A DNA stretch of 64,000 bases, taken from the NCBI GenBank assembly GCA_947570695.1, contig CANOVB010000005.1:67487-131486 (forward strand). The letters run 5' to 3'. Both the position numbers and the translations under genes were made by a program. Positions within the stretch are counted from its first letter, which is position 1. Every line of letters starts with the position of its first letter. The notes under the pieces are model-generated. The model was not told the origin of the DNA and did not search any database. It saw only the letters and a list, made by a program, of their open reading frames with translations. The stretch comes from an uncultured Clostridium sp. GTDB lineage: Bacteria > Bacillota > Clostridia > TANB77 > CAG-508. This document shows positions 9,334 to 18,476 of the stretch, one piece after another.

Positions 9334-9846
9334 ATTATAAAACAAGAATTGCCTATAAATAGACAAATAAGAGAAAAAGAAGTTCAAGTAATTAGTGATA
9401 CAGGAGAAAAATTAGGAGTTCTTTCTTTAGATGCAGCATTAGAGCTTGCAGAAGAAAAGAATTTAGATTTAGTATTAGTTTCACCAAATGCAAGTCCAGT
9501 AGTTTGTAAATTAATGAACTATGGAAAATACAAATTTGAACAAGCTAAGAAAGAAAAAGAGTCTAGGAAGAATCAAAAAACTGTTGAATTAAAAGAAATA
9601 AGGGTTACTCCTAATATAGGAGACCATGACTTTGGATTTAAAAGTAAAAATGCTAGAGCTTTTTTAGAGGCTGGTAATAAAGTAAAATTTACTGTTAGAT
9701 TTAGAGGAAGAGAATTAAATAATGTTAAAGCTGGTGAAACAGTTTTAAATAAATTTGTTGAAGATTTAGCTGATATTTCAACAGTAGAGAAAAAGCCATT
9801 TTTGGAAGGTAAGACAATGTTTGTAATTTTAACAAAAAAAATATAA
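9334..9846 (+). CDS. infC: Translation initiation factor IF-3 (ATT start codon)
   Basis: ATT at 9334 lies 6 nt after GGAGG (9323-9327). An AUU start is the conserved autoregulatory feature of infC. IIKQELPINRQIREKEVQVI...VCKLMNYGKYKFE is typical IF-3. The ORF-track extension back to 9256 is hydrophobic nonsense. Confidence 0.93.
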   Translation: MIKQELPINRQIREKEVQVISDTGEKLGVLSLDAALELAEEKNLDLVLVSPNASPVVCKLMNYGKYKFEQAKKEKESRKNQKTVELKEIRVTPNIGDHDFGFKSKNARAFLEAGNKVKFTVRFRGRELNNVKAGETVLNKFVEDLADISTVEKKPFLEGKTMFVILTKKI

Positions 9847-9870
9847 AAAAATGTGAAGGGAGATTTCAAA

Positions 9871-10074
9871 ATGCCAAAATTAAAAACAAACAAGGCTGCA
9901 AGTAAGAGATACTCTTATACAGCTAAAGACAAAGTAAAAAGAACAAAAGCTAATAGAAGACATCGTTTAGCTACAAAAACAACAAGACAAAGAAAAACAG
10001 GAAAAATTCAAAATGCATATGCAGATAAAACTGTAGAAGCAGGAATTAAAAGATTATTACCATATGGTAACTAG
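9871..10074 (+). CDS. rpmI: 50S ribosomal protein L35
   Basis: MPKLKTNKAASKRY... ATG 9871 follows GAAGGGAG. The track start at 9853 (GTG) is unlikely. Confidence 0.93.
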   Translation: MPKLKTNKAASKRYSYTAKDKVKRTKANRRHRLATKTTRQRKTGKIQNAYADKTVEAGIKRLLPYGN

Positions 10075-10107
10075 GATTAAATTTAGGATAGAAGGAGTTG
10101 AAAATAA

Positions 10108-10458
10108 ATGGCAAGAGTAAAAACAGCAAGAACAACAAGAGCAAGACATAAAAAAGTATTAAAACAAGCAAAAGGATACTATGGAGCAAAACATTATAGA
10201 TTTAGAAATGCTAAACAAGCAGTTATGAAATCTGGAATGTATGCTTATGTAGGAAGAAAAGATAAAAAATCAGATTTTAGAAAATTATGGATAGTTAGAA
10301 TTAACGCAGCAGCTAGAATGAATGGATTAACATACAGCAAAATGATAGCTGGACTTAAAAAAGCTAATGTAACAATAAATAGAAAAATGTTAGCAGAAAT
10401 AGCTGTTTCAGATAGCAAAGCCTTTGCAGAACTTGCAGAGATTGCTAAAAAAGCATAA
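10108..10458 (+). CDS. rplT: 50S ribosomal protein L20
   Basis: [28 protein letters not shown]... is canonical L20. Confidence 0.97.
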   Translation: MARVKTARTTRARHKKVLKQAKGYYGAKHYRFRNAKQAVMKSGMYAYVGRKDKKSDFRKLWIVRINAAARMNGLTYSKMIAGLKKANVTINRKMLAEIAVSDSKAFAELAEIAKKA

Positions 10459-10524
10459 AATTAAAAAGTAAATTTGGTAAAAAAATCAAAGGTTATTAAA
10501 AATAATTTTTGATTTTTTTTAATA

Positions 10525-10553
10525 TTGCAAAAATGCCTAGAGTGATATATAAT
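10525..10553 (+). promoter_or_regulatory. Sigma-A type promoter of leuS
   Basis: TTGCAA (10525-10530), 17-nt spacer, TATAAT (10548-10553). It follows the rplT terminator aaaatcaaa...tttgatttttttt. Confidence 0.55.
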
Positions 10554-10589
10554 AAAAAACATCATAATAAAGAAAAGGGAGAGAAAGCT

Positions 10590-13502
10590 ATGGGATATAA
10601 TTTTAAAGAAGTAGAAGAAAAATGGCAAAAAAAATGGTATGAAGAAGGAACTTTTAATGCAAAACAAGATTTTACAAATAAAAAGAAATGGTATGGATTA
10701 ATAGAATTTCCTTATCCATCAGGGCAAGGTCTACATGTAGGACATCCAAGATCTTATACAGCATTAGATATTATTGCAAGAAAGAAAAGAATGGAAGGAT
10801 ATAATGTTTTGTATCCTATTGGTTTTGATGCTTTCGGACTCCCAGCTGAAAATTATGCTATTAAAAATCATGTTCACCCAAAAATAACAACAGAAAATAA
10901 TGTAAATCATTTTAGAGAACAATTAAAATCTTTAGGATTTTCTTTTGATTGGTCAAGAGAAGTAAATACAACAGATCCAGAATATTATAAATGGACACAA
11001 TGGATTTTTATTCAATTATATAAACATGGATTAGCTTATAAAGCTACTATGCCAATTAATTTCTGTACTGGTTGTAAAGTTGGATTAGCAAATGAGGAAG
11101 TTGTTAATGGTGTTTGCGAAAGATGTGGAAGCCCAGTAGTGCAAAAAGAAAAATCACAATGGATGCTTAAAATAACAGAATATGCTCAAAGATTAATTGA
11201 TGATTTAGATGATATAGATTATTTAGATAAAATAAAAGCTCAACAAAAGAATTGGATAGGTAGAAGTGAAGGGGCAGAGGTTAATTTTAAAGTTGCCTCT
11301 GATGAAGATATTATATTTAATAAAGATTCAAAAGTAGAGAAAATTAATTCTAGTGAAAATGATTCTTTATTAATTTATACTACTAGACCAGATACAATAT
11401 TTGGAGCAACATATATGGTTGTAGCTCCAGAACATGAATTAATAAAAAAATATGCAGATAAAATTACTAATTTATCAGAAGTAGAAGAATATAAGAAAAA
11501 AGCTGCTTTAAAATCTGATTTTGAAAGATCAGAGTTAAATAAAGAAAAAACTGGTGTTGAAATTAAAGGACTTAAAGCAATTAATCCATTAACAAATGAA
11601 GCTATTCCAATTTGGATTTCTGATTATGTTTTAATTACTTATGGGACAGGTGCTATTATGGCAGTTCCTGCACATGATGATAGAGATTTTGAATTTGCAA
11701 CTAAATTTAATTTACCTATAAAACAAGTTATTGCACCAGTATTTTATGGAACAGGAGATTCAGAAGTAAGACCAGATAAGAAAAATACAGAAAGAAAAGT
11801 CATTAATGTAGTTGTAAAACATCCAACAGAAAAAAAATTCTTATGTGTAAACAATGATAAATTTGGATTTAAGAATTTTGTTATGGGTGGATTTGAAGGA
11901 GAAGAAACGCCAGTAGAAGCAGCAGCTAGAGAGCTTAGAGAAGAAACTGGTTATACTGATTTTAGAGTGGATTATGTTTTTGATTTTATTTATAAATCAA
12001 AATTTTATGCTGCACATAAAGATGTAAATAGAGATATTACTTGTTATACTGTTGCTGTAACTTTAAATTCATTAAAACAAGAAAAAGTATCAGAAGAAGA
12101 ACAAAAAATTCAATATCCAGTATGGGTAAATGCAGATAAATTAAATGAATATTTAACAACAGAAGAACATATATACACATATTCATTATATGAAAAACCT
12201 CAAGCCTTTACAGATGTTGAAAAAGGAGTTGCTATAAATTCAGATTTCCTAAATGGATTATCTTCAAAAGAAGCTATAAAAAAGGCAACAGATTATATTG
12301 AAGAAAAGAAATTAGGAGAAAGAAAAGTAAATTATAAATTACGTGATTGGGTATTTTCTCGTCAAAGATATTGGGGAGAGCCAATACCAATGGTATATTG
12401 CGAAGATTGTGGCTGGAATCCAATTAAAGAAGAAGAATTACCACTCGTACTTCCAGATATAGAAGATTATGAACCGGGAGAAAATGGAGAGTCACCTTTA
12501 GCAAAACAAACAGAATGGATAAAAACAAAATGTCCATGTTGTGGTAAGGATGCTAAAAGAGAAACAGATACAATGCCACAGTGGGCAGGTTCTTCATGGT
12601 ATTTCCTAAGATATATGGATGCTCATAATAAAGAAGCTTTGGCTTCAAAGGAAGCATTAGAATATTGGTCACCAATAGATTGGTATAATGGAGGAATGGA
12701 GCATACAACACTTCACTTATTATACTCAAGATTTTGGCATAAATTTTTATATGATATTGGTGTTGTTCCAACAAAAGAGCCATATCAAAAACGTACTTCA
12801 CATGGTATGATTTTAGGTGGAAATGGTGAAAAAATGTCTAAATCAAAAGGAAATGTTATAAATCCTGATGATATAGTTAAAGAGTTTGGTGCAGATACTT
12901 TTAGAGTATATGAAATGTTTATGGGACCTTTTGATCAAACAGCACCATGGTCTATGGAATCTATTAGAGGATGTGGCAAATTCTTAGATAGAGTATGGAA
13001 TATGCAAGATATTTTGGTAGACGGAGATGAATATTCTAAAGAGCATGAAAAAATGATGCATAAAGCTATAAAAAAAGTTACTTCAGATATTGAGGAAATG
13101 AAATTTAATACTTCAGTTGCAGAATTTATGAAAATGACAAATGAATTTTATAAGGATAAAAAGATTAATAAGGCAGAATATAAAACATTTTTACAATTAT
13201 TAAATCCATTTGCACCACATATGACAGAAGAATTATTTAATATTCTAGGAGAGACTAAGACAATAAATGAAACACCTTGGCCAAAATATGATGAAGCTAA
13301 AACTATTGATGATGAAATAGAAATACCAGTACAAGTAAATGGAAAGGTAAAAGCTGTTATTACTGCTAATAAAGAAGCTTCTCAAGAAGAAGTTAAGGCT
13401 ATAGTAGATAGTAATGAAATAATTAAAAATGCTTTGGCAGGAAAAAATGTAGTAAAAGAAATTTATGTAAAAGGAAAAATATACAATATAGTAGTTAAAT
13501 AA
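10590..13502 (+). CDS. leuS: Leucyl-tRNA synthetase carrying an internal Nudix-domain insertion (11733-12227)
   Basis: Start is ATG 10590 ([16 protein letters not shown]) after AAGGGAGAG. HIGH-type [13 protein letters not shown], two CxxC...CxxC zinc knuckles, and the editing-domain blocks [19 protein letters not shown] and [14 protein letters not shown] Nudix box [23 protein letters not shown] lies at 11886-11954. Confidence 0.95.
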   Translation: MGYNFKEVEEKWQKKWYEEGTFNAKQDFTNKKKWYGLIEFPYPSGQGLHVGHPRSYTALDIIARKKRMEGYNVLYPIGFDAFGLPAENYAIKNHVHPKITTENNVNHFREQLKSLGFSFDWSREVNTTDPEYYKWTQWIFIQLYKHGLAYKATMPINFCTGCKVGLANEEVVNGVCERCGSPVVQKEKSQWMLKITEYAQRLIDDLDDIDYLDKIKAQQKNWIGRSEGAEVNFKVASDEDIIFNKDSKVEKINSSENDSLLIYTTRPDTIFGATYMVVAPEHELIKKYADKITNLSEVEEYKKKAALKSDFERSELNKEKTGVEIKGLKAINPLTNEAIPIWISDYVLITYGTGAIMAVPAHDDRDFEFATKFNLPIKQVIAPVFYGTGDSEVRPDKKNTERKVINVVVKHPTEKKFLCVNNDKFGFKNFVMGGFEGEETPVEAAARELREETGYTDFRVDYVFDFIYKSKFYAAHKDVNRDITCYTVAVTLNSLKQEKVSEEEQKIQYPVWVNADKLNEYLTTEEHIYTYSLYEKPQAFTDVEKGVAINSDFLNGLSSKEAIKKATDYIEEKKLGERKVNYKLRDWVFSRQRYWGEPIPMVYCEDCGWNPIKEEELPLVLPDIEDYEPGENGESPLAKQTEWIKTKCPCCGKDAKRETDTMPQWAGSSWYFLRYMDAHNKEALASKEALEYWSPIDWYNGGMEHTTLHLLYSRFWHKFLYDIGVVPTKEPYQKRTSHGMILGGNGEKMSKSKGNVINPDDIVKEFGADTFRVYEMFMGPFDQTAPWSMESIRGCGKFLDRVWNMQDILVDGDEYSKEHEKMMHKAIKKVTSDIEEMKFNTSVAEFMKMTNEFYKDKKINKAEYKTFLQLLNPFAPHMTEELFNILGETKTINETPWPKYDEAKTIDDEIEIPVQVNGKVKAVITANKEASQEEVKAIVDSNEIIKNALAGKNVVKEIYVKGKIYNIVVK

Positions 13503-13578
13503 TAAAAAAGTGAATTTAAATATTTCAAAATGAACCTAATTGTTAGACGAATCTGTTTAATAAGAAGGGTTCATTTTT

Positions 13579-13920
13579 TATATAATAAAAGATTGCTTTC
13601 AGATTTCTATTATATAAAGCTTTAAGTAAAAGTTGGGCACGATTTTATAAAATAAAATCAGAATATATAGTATTTTTAGATGTAAAAAATGCGCAGATAG
13701 GTTATTGAAGAAAAAAGATGAGGATATTTGCATTTTTACAATTATTATAGTGTCCGCTTTAATCCTATAATAGGAATTTGCTTAGTAATTTCTATTATAG
13801 AATAACTTTTCTAAAATTTGTACACAATTTTACTATGCAAAATTGACACGGAAACAAATACGAGGATATTGGCATTTAGTTTTTACTTTTGCAATTATTA
13901 TAATATTCACTTTTGTTCTT
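13579..13920 (+). repeat. Intergenic repeat family IGR-1, two tandem copies (R3a about 13579-13762, R3b about 13765-13920)
   Basis: Each copy begins with a tataata(g/a)ga...tctattata hairpin. R3b has acaattttac-tat-gcaaaattg and the long stem gaaacaaatacgaggatatt...aatattcacttttgttctt. Confidence 0.7.
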
Positions 13921-13996
13921 ATTTAAATAAAAATATGTTGATACTATGAAAACTGAATTTTAATAGTATAAAATGGAGAATATAAAAATTTATATT

Positions 13997-14572
13997 CTAA
14001 TATTTTAAATTAGGTATTTGCTTTGATATTGATTCAAAATTTGGTTTATATTTTTTTAACATATCATAAAATTTTTTTGAATGTGTTTTATATTTTAAAT
14101 GACAGAATTCATGGAAAATTATATATTCAATAATTTCTTTTGAATACATTACAATATATGGGTTTACAAGAATTGCTTGTAAGTCTTTATCACATGTAGC
14201 AAGATAGCCAGAAATTTTTTGAATTTCATAGTCTTCAGGCGCAAATCCAAAAGTATGTCTTGCTTTTTCCATAACATTTTCTATTTCGTTTTCAGCTATT
14301 TTTGTATACATTTTTAATAAAATGGTATTTAATAATTTTTGATTATTTCTTTTTCTATAATTCATAGGTAAATGAATATTTATAAAATTTTCTTCAAGAT
14401 TTAATTCTGGTTTTTCTATATTTAAATAATATACATTTACAGAGTAATTTAATCCGAAAATTCTAGTGAATTTTGGTAATAAAGTTTCATCTTTTCCTAA
14501 TATGAAATGTTCATTATTACTATATTCAAATTCCTTGATATTATTGCTTTTTACTCTTTTAAAAATATTCAT
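13997..14572 (-). CDS. YgjP-like (DUF45/M48-type, SprT-like) zinc metallopeptidase
   Basis: C-terminal HEFCHLKYKTHSKKFY (an HExxH...H motif in the characteristic DUF45 context). GGAGG RBS. Confidence 0.75.
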   Translation of the reverse strand: MNIFKRVKSNNIKEFEYSNNEHFILGKDETLLPKFTRIFGLNYSVNVYYLNIEKPELNLEENFINIHLPMNYRKRNNQKLLNTILLKMYTKIAENEIENVMEKARHTFGFAPEDYEIQKISGYLATCDKDLQAILVNPYIVMYSKEIIEYIIFHEFCHLKYKTHSKKFYDMLKKYKPNFESISKQIPNLKY

Positions 14573-14621
14573 TTTTTTATCCTCCTACAAAATATATGTT
14601 CGGTAAAACTTTGTTTGTTTT

Positions 14622-14673
14622 ATTTTACAATTTAAAAAATAAAATGTCAATACTTTTTCGAAAAAATGTTCGG
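14622..14673 (-). promoter_or_regulatory. Promoter of the ygjP-like gene with a flanking LexA (Cheo)-like box
   Basis: On the minus strand: TTGACA (14650-14645), 17-nt spacer, TAAAAT (14627-14622). CGAAAAAATGTTCG (14659-14672) matches CGAACnnnnGTTCG at 13 of 14 positions. A second half-site ATGTTCGGTA lies at 14596-14605. Confidence 0.45.
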
Positions 14674-14700
14674 TATTTTTAAAAAATAAAGAAACTTTAT

Positions 14701-14734
14701 AAAATAAAAAACGCGGGGGCGGAAAACCGCCCCC
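14701..14734 (-). terminator. GC-rich rho-independent terminator at the end of island 1
   Basis: gggggcgg-aaaa-ccgccccc (14715-14734) followed on the minus strand by a U-run (plus-strand aaaataaaaaa 14701-14711). Confidence 0.85.
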
Positions 14735-14821
14735 AACATGGTTTGAAGATTGCAATAGTAAGGGATTTGAAAGTGCTAATTTACCGTAATCCGAAGTGCC
14801 AGCATGTGAACATCACGAACG

Positions 14822-16099
14822 TTACGTGATATTCAATGTTTTGCCGTTGGTCAAGACCACTTGTGTTACGAGTCCCAATTTGTTGGTGTTGAAGCTCGCA
14901 GCGTCGTAACAGAACCGATAGCCGTCCTGAGGGCGGTCATAGATGGAACTGACGAACACCTGATTATCCCTGATATAGCAGAACTGCTTATCAGAGATGA
15001 AGCCGAAAGCGGTGATGTTTGACATGTACCACCCTGTATAGATTCTCGAGGCGATAATCGTCCCATTGAGATACAGGGAGCCGTCTGTAAGCATCAGAGT
15101 GTTGCTTTCAACTGTGCCCTTGGTGTACAAGGTAGCATAGGTGTCCTTTACGACAGCGTAGGTTTCCTTAGCAATCCACTTGTCGTTTGTGGAGGTGAAT
15201 TGCTTCAGGGTGTAAGTGGACTTCTCTGTAACGATTTCCGAGAGGAAACCATTGCTGTCAGTCCTGAAGGTCTTGAACTTGCTGTCCAGGGTAACCTTCT
15301 CCGCAGAGTACCAGTTTCCGAAAGTGAAACGGTACAGAGTACCATTGCTTTCGTAGAGGTACACGTTGTAGCTGGTATCGAATCCCAAGAATTTAGCACC
15401 CTTAAGGGTGTCGGACAGCCGGACGCCGTGAGTTGCATTGAGAACGCTCTTTTCGTCTTTGCTCACAATGATGGAAACCTTCAGGTTGCCAAACTCGTAA
15501 GCGTTACGAACGAACTCGCTCTCAGCGTTGGTGTACATTTCAACACGGCTGGTGTTATTTCCCGGCCTCTGAGGAACAGAAGGCTGAGAAGGCTGGCTGG
15601 GTTGAGACGGCTGGGAAGGCTGAGTCGGCGTACTGGGAACGGTGCTACCAGTAAGAGACTGGTTACCACTTGTGGTTTGCACCGAAGTTGCCAGATCGTC
15701 GCTGTTGTAAAGCAGACATGTTACGCCAGAAGCGTACCAAGTCGATTGCTTACCATCGCTTCCAACGCTAATCAGTGCACCAGCGCTGGTGACGTAGAAG
15801 AAATCGCCATTTGTGGCAAAGCCGTTGTAACGGGAACCGGAGCCAGCAGAGTTGCTCGCAAGAACGGTTCCATTGTTGTTATACACGGTGCTGCCGATGC
15901 TGTAAAAGCTTTTGCTGGGAACGTGGGCGTCCTGCCGGCGGTCATAGGTGTACAGCTTGTACCAGGTGCAGCCCGAGGAGGCGTCATCATAGGTAAAGCC
16001 GTACGGCGCTGTGTCGGCGGTCGTGGCGGCGAAAGCAGTGGGGCAGACCCCAAAGAAGCAGCACACAACCAGGAACAATGCGATCAAAGATTTTTTCAT
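14822..16099 (-). CDS. Secreted two-domain protein of unknown function with a (PSQ)n linker; GC-rich and foreign in composition
   Basis: Start is ATG 16099 (MKKSLIALFLVVCCFFGVCPTAFA|ATTAD, a signal peptide) after GAAAGG. The linker is PSTPTQPSQPSQPSQPSQPSVPQRPG. GC3-rich codons differ from all neighbouring genes. Confidence 0.8.
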   Translation of the reverse strand: MKKSLIALFLVVCCFFGVCPTAFAATTADTAPYGFTYDDASSGCTWYKLYTYDRRQDAHVPSKSFYSIGSTVYNNNGTVLASNSAGSGSRYNGFATNGDFFYVTSAGALISVGSDGKQSTWYASGVTCLLYNSDDLATSVQTTSGNQSLTGSTVPSTPTQPSQPSQPSQPSQPSVPQRPGNNTSRVEMYTNAESEFVRNAYEFGNLKVSIIVSKDEKSVLNATHGVRLSDTLKGAKFLGFDTSYNVYLYESNGTLYRFTFGNWYSAEKVTLDSKFKTFRTDSNGFLSEIVTEKSTYTLKQFTSTNDKWIAKETYAVVKDTYATLYTKGTVESNTLMLTDGSLYLNGTIIASRIYTGWYMSNITAFGFISDKQFCYIRDNQVFVSSIYDRPQDGYRFCYDAASFNTNKLGLVTQVVLTNGKTLNIT

Positions 16100-16247
16100 G
16101 TTAGTCAACCTTTCTGTGTTAAAATAAATCTTCAAAACCATGTTAGTTCAACAAATAGCCAAAAGGTCAGCTAAATAAAGTTGAACATCAAATCCCATAA
16201 AATCATTATAGCACAAACTAGTAAAAAAGGCAAATTTATGTAAAGCT

Positions 16248-16287
16248 ATAAAAAGCGTGCCCCAGCTTGCACTGGGGCACATTTTTG
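16248..16287. terminator. GC-rich bidirectional terminator between the two island-1 genes
   Basis: gtgcccca-N8-tggggcac with an A-run upstream and a T-run downstream. Confidence 0.8.
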
Positions 16288-16308
16288 TGAATAAGATTCA
16301 CCTAAAAA

Positions 16309-16749
16309 TTAGAAATTCGCGTTTGGATCATCTGATAATTTGTACAGTAAATAGTCTGGGTCAACCTGAACGATATAGTGACTTCCACTTTTGGTGGTGA
16401 AAAGAAACCAGTCGGGTGCAATTTCTTCAAATGACTCTACTAGAGTCGTATTGAGATATTTTACACTGGTATCTGTAACACTAACAATAACGGAAGCTCT
16501 TTTACCCTTTGTAGGGTAACATAAGCAGACTCCAACTGTGGATTTATGTTTTAACTGAAGTTCAGTTATGTTAACAAACCATTCCACAGGGAAAAAATGC
16601 TCTACGTCGTCAATCTTGACAATGTACCGTTCAAAACCACTCATGTATACTGTCCACGAGGCCTCATATGCTTCTCCAACTTCTAAAAGCCTAAAATTGC
16701 ATTTTGGACCGCCGTGGATATCAATAGAACCATTGTACACGAGTTTCAC
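16309..16749 (-). CDS. Hypothetical 146-aa protein (island 1, intermediate GC)
   Basis: GTG start 7 nt after GAGGTG. It has its own terminator at 16248-16287. No motif recognised. Confidence 0.6.
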   Translation of the reverse strand: MKLVYNGSIDIHGGPKCNFRLLEVGEAYEASWTVYMSGFERYIVKIDDVEHFFPVEWFVNITELQLKHKSTVGVCLCYPTKGKRASVIVSVTDTSVKYLNTTLVESFEEIAPDWFLFTTKSGSHYIVQVDPDYLLYKLSDDPNANF

Positions 16750-16998
16750 AACACATCACCTCTAAATAATAATTTTTGAAATGCTGAGCTTTAGATTTGT
16801 AAATATGAAACTTATCCATAGTATGATAACATGTTTGCATAAAAAGGTCAAACTAGTTTTATTGAGTTTTAATCGTGTGTTTGTATTTTTATGTCACAAT
16901 CTGCATTTAATTGTACAATATTTACAATTAATTTATAAACATAAACTCAATGGTAAGTGTTTTGTATTTTATTAGAAGTTTTAATAACTTGTAAAATA

Positions 16999-17367
16999 TT
17001 ATTGTTTCTTAATCTTAGGTTTAGATACCAAAGAAGCAATATAACCAAAGAAAATTGCTGCTGCGATTCCTCCTGCTGCTGCTTTAATTCCACCAGTAAA
17101 TGCACCAATAAAACCAGAAGAACTAATTTCTGATATTGTTCCTTTAGCAAGTAGATTACCGAATCCTGTTAATGGAACTGTTGCACCACAACCAGCAAAA
17201 TCAATTAAATATTTATACCAGCCAAGACCACCTAAAATAACTCCTAATGTTACATAAGTTACAAGTATACGTGCAGGAGTTAGTTTAGTTTTATCTATCA
17301 AAATCTGTCCAATAATACAAATAACTCCTCCAACAATAAATGCTTTTAAAATCATGTACCAATCCAT
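16999..17367 (-). CDS. spoVAE: Stage V sporulation protein AE (SpoVAE/SpoVAEB-type)
   Basis: MDWYMILKAFIVGGVICIIGQILID...GATVPLTGFGNLLAKG is typical of SpoVAC/AE-family membrane proteins. Start at ATG 17367 is preferred over the track start at 17448. Confidence 0.85.
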   Translation of the reverse strand: MDWYMILKAFIVGGVICIIGQILIDKTKLTPARILVTYVTLGVILGGLGWYKYLIDFAGCGATVPLTGFGNLLAKGTISEISSSGFIGAFTGGIKAAAGGIAAAIFFGYIASLVSKPKIKKQ

Positions 17368-17437
17368 ATTGTTAAATCCTTTTATAATAAATTTAGGTTT
17401 TTTAGGATACCTAGAAACCTTTAATATAAATAATATA

Positions 17438-18451
17438 TTAAATTTCAATACTTATAGCATGAGCTATACCAGGTATTGATTCACCTTGCTGGGTACTGGT
17501 TGAATTCATTAAAGCTCCAGTTGCTATCATTAAAACTTTTTTATATTTTTTTTCTTGTAGCATTTTATAAACATATCCTGAAAATACACTTGCAATACAA
17601 CCACAGCCAGAACCACCAGAATGAGTATCTTGATTTTCTTTATCAAAAATAAGAACACCACAATCATTATAATTTGATTTTATGTTGTACCCTTTGGAAG
17701 AGGCTAAATCTATTAGAATATCTTTTCCAATATGACCTAAATCACCAGTAAATATTGCATCATAATAACTTGGATTTCTTCCTGTATCTTTAAAATGAGA
17801 GATAAGAGTATCTTCAGCAGCACCAGCCATAGCAGCTCCCATATTGTTTGCATCTTTTATACCCATATCAACAATTTTTCCAGGTGTAAAACTTGTTATA
17901 AATGGACCATTTCCATTTTTAGTAAGAACTGCACATCCAGCACCTGTGACAGTCCACTGACTTGAAGGGGGCCTTTGATTTCCTAGTTCTAGTGGAAATC
18001 TGAATTGCTTTTCAGCACTACAAAAATGACTTGATGCAGAACATATTACATTATTTGCAAAATCACCATCTATAAAACTTGAAGCAACTATTAAACTTTC
18101 AACAAAAGTTGAACATGCGCCAAATAAACCTATAAAAGGTATATTAGTTTCTCTTAATCCAAAAGAAGATGCAATACACTGATTTAATAAATCACCAGCA
18201 AAACAAAAATCTATATCACTTGAAGCAATTCCTGATTTAGATATAGCCATATTAACAGTTTCTTTAACTATTTTACTTTCAGCACTTTCCCAACTTTTTT
18301 CACCCCAAAATTCATCATCCAAACATTGATCAAAGAATTGATGAAGTGGACCTTCTTTTTCCTTAGGACCAACTATAGAAGCTGTAGTAGCAATATTTAT
18401 TGGGTTAGATAAAATATAACTTTGATTACCAACTTTTTTTATAAAAATCAC
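17438..18451 (-). CDS. spoVAD: Stage V sporulation protein AD (thiolase-fold, DPA-binding)
   Basis: IVGPKEKEGPL...FAGDLLNQ...GACST...GGSGCGC blocks are typical of SpoVAD. The exact start is uncertain because the GTG at 18451 abuts the AAGGAGA RBS. Confidence 0.88.
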   Translation of the reverse strand: MIFIKKVGNQSYILSNPINIATTASIVGPKEKEGPLHQFFDQCLDDEFWGEKSWESAESKIVKETVNMAISKSGIASSDIDFCFAGDLLNQCIASSFGLRETNIPFIGLFGACSTFVESLIVASSFIDGDFANNVICSASSHFCSAEKQFRFPLELGNQRPPSSQWTVTGAGCAVLTKNGNGPFITSFTPGKIVDMGIKDANNMGAAMAGAAEDTLISHFKDTGRNPSYYDAIFTGDLGHIGKDILIDLASSKGYNIKSNYNDCGVLIFDKENQDTHSGGSGCGCIASVFSGYVYKMLQEKKYKKVLMIATGALMNSTSTQQGESIPGIAHAISIEI

Positions 18452-18476
18452 TCTCCTTAAAAAATAATGACCGATG

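Noticed and set aside
10459-10589. T-box leaders upstream of leuS (and upstream of trpS at 32800-32983)
   Set aside because: I looked for the GGTGGTACCGCG T-box core and a terminator/antiterminator pair. Neither region has them; there is only a simple promoter and RBS.
15585-15640. Nine-bp tandem repeats encoding (PSQ)n as a contingency or phase-variation locus
   Set aside because: The repeat units are imperfect at the nucleotide level (ggctgagaa/ggctggctg/ggttgagac/ggctgggaa) and in-frame. The tract behaves as an ordinary Pro-rich interdomain linker.
15200-16174. 324-aa plus-strand ORF and several 60-100-aa ORFs (14866-15066, 15205-15438, 15481-15669, 15772-16068, 15811-15996) overlapping the island-1 gene
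   Set aside because: These are shadow ORFs caused by the stop-poor GC-rich composition. They have no RBS, their sequences are Arg/Gly/Ala-rich nonsense, and the minus-strand frame has the signal peptide, RBS and terminator.
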